From Octopus sinensis (Eukaryota): a stretch of DNA of 64,000 nucleotides. A program made the position numbers and the translations under genes. The stretch is from contig NC_043014.1 in assembly GCF_006345805.1 (NCBI RefSeq), forward strand, positions 28,644,001 to 28,708,000, in the 5' to 3' direction. The notes beneath the pieces were generated by a model. The model made no database searches, was not told the origin of the DNA, and saw nothing but the letters and a program-made list of their open reading frames with translations. Positions 55,449-64,000 of this stretch are shown piece by piece; the first letter of the stretch is position 1, and the number at the start of each line of letters is the position of its first letter.

Positions 55449-58400
55449 TACATACAAAAATATATATATATGCACATGCATGTACACTCAAAAGTTATAA
55501 ATTCATATAAACTCAGTTGATCACTGATCACTTTCAATTTGGCTTCTTGTGTTTCATTGAGTATAATTGTTATGAGATAGCCACAAGGAATATTTTATAT
55601 ATTGGGTGAATATATGCTCTTTGAAAGAAATCATGGGCATTTGAATAACCTATGATTAACATAACTGTTTCAGCAGATATGTACTATTTGCAGATGAATG
55701 TACAAGGGGAAAGCTTATTTATAAATATACTGATAATTGAGAAATTTATACAGAAAGGCTCCCTATACAAATATTCTTGAACGCAATATCATAAAAGTAT
55801 AGAACCCTCGCAATAAACAGTATAAGATTTTTGAAGAGATATTTAGCACAACACTTAGAAGAGTGCTATATATATACCGTGTGAGAGTGAAATCATTAGT
55901 TGTAGCAATAATCTGTATGTTTGTGTAATAGGTTGAAAAAGTAAGAAGAGGTAAGTAAATGAATGACATTCTTAGAAATACGGTACTCCAAATCAGTCGT
56001 TAACAGTTTATATTTGCGATGGACACAAAATAGGAAGAGAATTAATACAATTACAAGAACGTAGCCGAAATTGTATTTTGTACAAAAACTTGTATAAATG
56101 TACAAAAACGTCATTGGTACAAGTAGCTGAAGATTATGAGAAATTTGAAAAAAAAAAACATTTTTATTGACAGCAGAACTTGGAGTCAGCAAAATGCCTG
56201 ACGCAGAAACTTCGCAGTAACTAGTTCTTGCTTAGATAAATGGCCAGTTATTTTATGGTAGGAAACAGTTGATTACATCACTCTAGTATTGAACATAACA
56301 AAATAATTAAGTGCTTAAACTTTTTTTGTTTAGCACATTATAAGAGCACAAATTAATTAAATTTACTAAACTTGATCTTAAGCTACGATTTAAAAGCTGA
56401 AGTTGAACTATATAAACTACACAAAACTGGGGTATCTTTTCCAAGAACTATCTATATTACCAATCAAAGCACTAAGCAAAACTTCTTAGTCTTTTAGACT
56501 GTGATTTAATTTTCTATTTCATTTCTTCTATTTTGCTTCTTTTATGCATTTCTTACCTTTGCTTTGCTTGTTTTAAAAAGTTGCAACATGATTTTTCAAT
56601 GACATTAAGTGATACATTTTATTAATTAGCCAGTTTGGTAGCCTCTACGTCGTGACTTTACCTGCTGGAAATAGAAGCTAACTCTGTCTAAAATCACATT
56701 ATTTTCTTTAAAAAATAGAACATAATGTAGACTAGATATGCAAAAGGCAAATGATTTTGACTGGAAAACTGTACCCCTAAGTCAAAAAAAGATCAAGTCT
56801 GCCATAGACTGACAATGACAATAGCCACCACAAATTCATATGTATAGAGCACATAAATATGAACTCTCCGAATAAATGAAATGTTAGTGTTTATAGTAAT
56901 ACTTAAATACAAAAATATTGCTAAAATTTTGTTCTTTACGTTGTATCTGGAGGAAGTGTTTTATTGCCTTTTCAGGCTCTCTGAGATTAGTAAGGTAGAC
57001 ACGGTTTAAAGATGAAATTCTATGTCTCTAGCGATTTTATGACGCATAATAAAGATTTGTAATATAGACATAAAGCCGTACAGTTAAAGAGATGGGAATA
57101 GACCATTTAAATCGGCCACAGGTACGTATCCGTTGACTTGAAATATAAACTGCAGGCATAAGCCTGTCTCAGTTGTATTAGAAATTAGAACTTAAAGAGG
57201 CATAACTAAAAAAAACTACAATGCAGTGTGTTTGATGCTCCACCAATTTCGTCAGTCTACCACTTTTAAATAGTAATAATATCGATTTATTACGTGCAAA
57301 GTTATATGCACAATAAATAACCAGCTTATCTATTTAAAAAGCTGTTTGTTCGCCATCTAGTTATATTTGTTGACTGTTTTGTTTAGTATTGCCAATATAC
57401 ATAGTACAAGTTTTATATCCAGAAAAATCTAGATTTTCTTAAATTATTGATTTCGCTTGTCGTATTTTTTATTTTACACTTTATAAATTTCGCCAGCCAT
57501 CTTCTCGTGTTATATTTACCTTTTCATTAGATTTGAGCTCAGAAGTGCTATAATAATAAGAATAATACTTGAAGGTTCACCACACTTATTAAAAATATGT
57601 CAATAACTGTAAACTATTTGATTGCCCTTTATTTCTAAATGAAACTTTGCTTACAAATGAAACCACATAGGTTAATAGTCCAGAAAACATACCAATGTTT
57701 ATTATAAATTTTGCTCACTTTACTCTACATACGTGAGCACACATGTAACCGCCATCTATTATGATATTTACATACGAAATGGCATTGACATCATTTCATC
57801 TCAGTTAAATTTCTACCAACCACCGAAAGCACAAAAGCCATCATCATCTTTTCCACAATCAAAAACTACACTAGTGGTACCACTTCTATAGCCATTAGCA
57901 AACACTTTTTCGTTTATATAATACTTTACAAATTACATCATCAGCAATTAGAGTATGCGAATGTCTTTAAGAAAAATTTGCCATTATCATTAAAATAACT
58001 ACTGATCCTGTCCCGCCATCTGTTTTTTTCTTCCTTACAGATATTATTATTACTATTACCATTATCATGTCCATTACTGCTATTCCTTATTATCCATTAT
58101 CAATATCATTGCTCAAATTCGCACGTTCCGATTATATGATACACCGCCGTTACTATCAACATTTATCTCCATTATATATTACTTCCACTGTCAGTGATTA
58201 TTATGCCCACTATTCATCCAATTTACCCTTCGTTACCACCAAACATATTACCACTATCCATTTCTATCATCTATTAAGCTTATACCACCGCAAATATTAT
58301 ATCCGTTACTACTATCCTTTTTAACTAATTTCCACTATTACCTGGAAAATATTCATGCTCTTGTGATTTCTACTACCGGCTTGGCTCTTTGTTCTTTCAC

Positions 58401-58489
58401 CAAGTATTATTACATTTTATCTTGTCATCATGTCTATGACAATTATCATTCTGCAGTGATCGTTTTATCCCACTGCCTTCTCGTTCCAG

Positions 58490-58600
58490 TGGTACTGCCA
58501 TACACACGATTTACTGTCTCCAACATGCTATGCTGTGCAGGAAGCAACATTCCTCCTTCGCAACGGCTCATTAACCCAAGCAGAGAATATTTGTTGCAAG
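58490..58600 (+). CDS. Candidate 111-nt exon
   Basis: Strong acceptor ttttatcccactgccttctcgttccag| and donor CAAG|gtgaat. Two frames are open (WYCHTHDLLSPTCYAVQEATFLLRNGSLTQAENICCK or VLPYTRFTVSNMLCCAGSNIPPSQRLINPSREYLLQ). It borders degenerate low-complexity DNA. Confidence 0.25.
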
Positions 58601-58815
58601 GTGAATACAGACTATGGCATTTCAGAAAATGGCAGTTATTTCTGATGGTTTAGGGGAAGGGTTAGCTGCGGCACGAGAGATGGCAGTAATGGAGAGCGAT
58701 GGCGTCTGTAGCAGAGCTCTGCTGTGAAGAGTTGACTTTATATATTATTTTAATATAGAATTATTTTTGAGTCCACGCTCTTCTTGTTTCATCCACAATC
58801 GTGTAACCTCCCCAA

Positions 58816-58850
<35 letters not shown>

Positions 58851-59165
58851 TTTACTCTCTCTCTTTCACTCTCTCTCTCTTTCTCTCTCTGTCTATCTAT
58901 CAAGATTGACAAATGGATAGATAGATAGACAGAGAACTGATAGATAAAGTCATACATATATGTATATATATATTTATACAGGTACATATACAATATATAC
59001 GTGTATACATGTGTATATGTGTGTGTGCGTGTGTGTATGTGTAATATAGATACATATGTAGTATATATTTGTCTATATATATATACATATATATATGCAT
59101 ATATATATTTATGTATTTGTCTATCTATCTTCTATCTATTTATCTGCCTATATAATATATATATA

Positions 59166-59208
<43 letters not shown>

Positions 59209-59242
59209 CATACATACATCATACATACATACATACATACAT

Positions 59243-59290
<48 letters not shown>

Positions 59291-60654
59291 TAACAGACAC
59301 ACACACACATGTATATGTATATCTACACACACACACGCACAATCACACACATGCTTATATGTTTATATATACGCTCCGCGTTTGTCTTTATTCTGTGTGC
59401 GCGTTATGCATTCTAAACACACTTGCAAGCTTATACAAATAGAATGTGCAACCTTTAGCAAAAGCTCTAAGAAATCCGGAGGGAGTTAGTTTTTGATGTG
59501 CCAGGTTTTAATTCTCAACTTGAGTCTATTTCACATCCTTTATATTAAAAAATGCTAACATGTTGTACTTCTGTAATTTAAGATAATGAACCAATACTGA
59601 ACTCGTATCAAATATATATCTATAAGTTGAATAGTATATGACAGAAACTGATATATACGTCTGACATATTTAGTAGGGGTGTTACGGAATCGAGCTGATT
59701 AATGGCCCCGCAAATTATTATCTTATACATACCATTGTTAATTATAACCGCCATAACATAATTACAATCATCGTTGTCGATTTCGCCGGTATCATAGCCA
59801 TCACCATCTTCATTATCATTATCAGCGTTACCATCGCTAACCGGTCCGGAATTTACACATATTTTTCTGTGAGGAGAGGGCCCAAACTGCAGCCAAACCT
59901 GGACGGCGGTTCCTATTTCTGTTTGAAACGACTTCATTTCATTTACGTTGACGCTAGCGTCTTGCAGAAAGACATGAATGTTACACACTCACTCAACTAT
60001 ACTTTATATTTAACGTTTGTGTCCTGAATAGGAGAAATGACGACGGAGATGATGAGGACGATGACGACGACGACGATAATCAGGAGGGGAATGTGGAGGT
60101 GGATGATAAGGGATGAAAGACGGGCTGGATCGGATGATGATGATGATGATGAAGAAGAAGAAGAAGAAGAAGGAGCAGATGGCTGCTTTCTGACTTGATC
60201 ATCGGTCATATTTGCACGAGAAGTATATAGTCAATTAAATCAAACTATTTTATCGATCAATGACAATCTCTTTCAAGATTAGAACTTGAACTTGAAAGGT
60301 AGGGAAGTAAATTAGCTGAAAAAAATTTTAATGCAGTTTCTAAAATTTCTGGAAATTCCATCGCTCGAATAACGATTATAATAATTTGTGTTACATTGGC
60401 ACAAAAATCTTTTTGGGCGGTGGACATAGACAATGATCTTCACCCCATTACGTAACTGGTATTTATTCTATCGACTATGGAAAGATGGGTGGCAAATATG
60501 ATCCTGATATGATTAGAATTTAGAACAAAAGGAAAGTAATTGAATACAACGGTGTCTTTAATATGGTCCAATATATTAGTGTTCTTCTTCACACCTTACC
60601 ACCAACCAAGGCCACTATAGGAACTACCACCACCACCACCACCACCACCGCCGC

Positions 60655-60692
<38 letters not shown>

Positions 60693-61039
60693 GGGGAAAG
60701 TAGCTACAGAAAATGCCTGGTGGTATTTAGTTACACCACTTTATGTTCTATTGAAACCATTTCAGGGTCAGGACCAATATAATAAAATATCAAGTGAATG
60801 CTGGTGTCGATCAAATAAATTGTTCTCACCTAAAAATCCATGGGGCTTGTGCCAATATTAAAAATTGTTATATAATTAACTGTTTGCCTTGATAGTATCG
60901 ATTAATTATTGTTTTCTTCAATTAAAATAATTACCATTATAATTATGACAATGCTAAGTAATAAATTAATTATTAATATTATGTTAATTTGCAAATCATT
61001 TTTCTGTTTTCATTAGTTTGCAGAATAGCTTATAGCATT

Positions 61040-61062
61040 ATATATTATATATATATATTATA

Positions 61063-61109
<47 letters not shown>

Positions 61110-61118
61110 ATATATATG

Positions 61119-61149
<31 letters not shown>

Positions 61150-61209
61150 TATATATATATATTATGTATGTATCTATGTATGCATGTATATCTATATATA
61201 TATATATAT

Positions 61210-61261
<52 letters not shown>

Positions 61262-61290
61262 ATATATATATATATATATATTTACACACA

Positions 61291-61335
<45 letters not shown>

Positions 61336-61490
61336 TACATATATAGTATATGTATATATATATATATACATATATACATATATATGTATATTATATATAT
61401 ATATATACATATATACATATATATGTATATATAATATATGTGTATGTTTATATATAATGTATATGTATATATATGTGTGTGGTGTGTGAG

Positions 61491-61530
<40 letters not shown>

Positions 61531-61560
61531 TGTATATGTATTATATGTGTGCGTGTGTGT
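61040..61560 (+). repeat. Long interrupted (TA)n array
   Basis: Directly visible. It is one of many such arrays (e.g. 2330-2500, 5500-5660, 41285-41630, 48278-48448). Confidence 0.95.
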
Positions 61561-62917
61561 GTATGTATTTATCATTATTAATTTTCCTTCATAGTAGCAT
61601 ATTAAGTAATTAATTTTATTGATAAATTTATTATGTAAAATATTTTAATTGAATAATAGTTTTAGCATATCATATATCTAATAATAACAAGGAGACTATC
61701 ACATTAATATAAGGAAACATTTTAATTTTCCTTTGCGTTTCTTGATGTGTAAGTCTATACAATAGTGACACATTCCTATGAATGCCAAATATTTACGCTA
61801 AATGCATTTCTGAACCCTCTTGCTTTGAAAACTGAATATAGGTTTGCTTAAAAAATTATATATAGAAAGGAATTAAGACTTGTTTAAAATGTTATTTCTG
61901 GTTGGCATCAATTTTATAAATCTAATTGGCGTGAGACAGGCTCATACAGTCACTGGCCGCTAGCTTATAACCACCTCGTTGGTATTACGTTCACCATCAC
62001 CCATGGACACAAAGAATGCATTAATTTATGTAAGGTGTGCATAAAAAAATATAGTAGTTATTTTTGAGACAATGCTTTTAATACGCAGGCGTGAAGAAGG
62101 GGATAAAAATGAAAATTTTTCTCTGTAAATGTGATTATTTGTTTTACAAATATGTCTCTGAATAGCACGCCTTATATTGCACACATTTTGTATATTTCTG
62201 TGCTTAATTTTAGCGTACGCATTCGTGCGCGCATGTATGATATGCACGTTTTGCATATGCAGTTACTACATACATGGAAAAACACGCATACGTGTGTATA
62301 CATATAAACACACTCAAAATATATAGCAGGTAGATAGATAGACTTACATGCGCCTGTGCATGCACGAGAGTGCGCGTATATAAGCATACACATGCATGCG
62401 TACACACAACACAAGCATGCACGTAACCACGCACGCACACATACATAAACACACACTTAACACATGCTCCCGCGCATGTGTGTGCGTTATGCATAAGCAG
62501 ATATAAATCCTTACAGAATTTTTTATAAATATCAACTCACCTTTATGCTTAGAGTATTTATCTCTCATCTTTCTTATAATATTAATAAACGATTTTCTTC
62601 TATAAATTTTTTATTTTATTTTGTTTATTAAATCTCTGGCGAATATTTACAATTAAATAAACAGCAAGGTCAATGTATTCGAATCGGCGTTCCATTCAGT
62701 AAGTTACTAACTCACCCGTTTGCCACTACTAGAGAAATGACCTAGACAGCATTAAAGGTCAGGCTGTTCCTGTACTTGTGCAATTTTATCCATAGCTCTT
62801 ATACGTCACCAACTGTGATAATAAATTAACCTATTTTATTTGTAGCAGCAGCAATAGCAGCAGCGGCAGCAGCGCACTCCTGCTGCAAATGCATATTTCA
62901 TAATCAAGAGAATCCAC

Positions 62918-62928
62918 TGCGCATGCGC
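62918..62928. promoter_or_regulatory. NRF1-like palindrome TGCGCATGCGC, possible promoter element
   Basis: Matches the NRF1 consensus core GCGCATGCGC in non-microsatellite sequence, about 200 bp upstream (minus strand) of a strong donor CGG|gtgagt at 62716. Confidence 0.3.
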
Positions 62929-63942
62929 TTAAAGATAAGACAAGACTACCTTCCGCTATTTTGTAATTGTTGGCGTTATCTACTCGCATTTTGCTTCGTA
63001 ATACAACATATTTCTCTCAGCGCTATATTTCAGTATTTCTGTGTTCTTTTCAGTCAGTATCAGTTCTTCTATTATTATTTTTATTTTTCGTTCGTTACAT
63101 ATGTAAATATTTCTTTCCTTTCACCTCTAAAACCGCTCTTTGTTTTCTACTTTCGCACATGCAAATACAAATTAAATGTAAGCGGAAATATAGGCATATC
63201 GGAAAAAAAAATATGGAGCTATATATATATTTATATATATGTATATATAAATATATATATTTATATGCACACATAATTTTTGAACACATGTGTATATTAT
63301 GTGTGTGCGTGTGTACTTTATATATATATATATATATATATGAATATATATGCATATTTATGTAAATATTATATGTATATATATATATATATATAAATAT
63401 ATATTTATATATATATATATATATATATATGAGTGTACGTTTTATGTGTTAAAATGTGTTATACATACTATAGGTGTGCATATGTGTGTTAGTCTGCTCA
63501 ATTTTCATTATCCTAAACTCATCTTTTTTCTATTCTAAAATATACTTTTTTTTTTCTATATTTTCTACTTCTTTCTTTTTGTTCTTTTGCTTCTCATTAT
63601 CATTTATTTCTTTCCGTGAGGTGCTATTTTGTTTTGTTTTTTTTGTTATTTTTAAAATTTTTGTTGTTTTTCGCAAATGATGCGCATAATACGACGTCTC
63701 GAATTTTATGACGAAACTTCTTGATGGAAAAGAAAAAAGAACAAAAAAAAAGAAAAGAAAAAATTTGCCAAAATTTACAAAAAAAAAAAAACATCACCGA
63801 ATGAATATACTAGACACACTACAAAAAGGATGTTATTCAAATATTTAGTACTAACAATTAGACATCATTCACAAGCAGGAAGAAGTGGTGACTATAAACG
63901 GACTCAAAGGATGAGGAAGTAAGGGGGAATAATATATTATTA

Positions 63943-63993
<51 letters not shown>

Positions 63994-64000
63994 CATTATT

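Overview
AT-rich, microsatellite-saturated eukaryotic DNA, most likely from an Octopus genome. This is an inference from the recurring tRNA-derived SINE families, R4/Dong- and RTE-type LINE debris, and the density of (TA)n, (CA)n and (AAT)n. No intact long CDS is present, and nearly all long ORFs in the track are simple-repeat artefacts. Recognisable elements are a Tigger/pogo transposase relic, a near full-length but dead Tc1 element nested in a SINE, two RTE LINE fragments, a stack of three R4/Dong LINE fragments, a probable Gypsy integrase relic, three SINE families (my labels A, B, C), and Penelope-like (PLE) terminal repeats. The most notable signal is three copies of a ~36-nt minimal type-I hammerhead-ribozyme-like motif with a non-canonical core (CUGUYGAA instead of CUGANGA), a palindromic ACGU stem III and GUA/GUC cleavage triplets. 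Other structure includes three fold-back inverted repeats, a 92-bp locally templated insertion, a 1.8-kb patterned (AAT)n array, a G-rich 26/52-bp minisatellite and a 1.4-kb polypyrimidine tract. Short candidate exons occur on both strands, but I could not identify a host gene, so these are low confidence. All alignments were done by eye and repeat boundaries are approximate.
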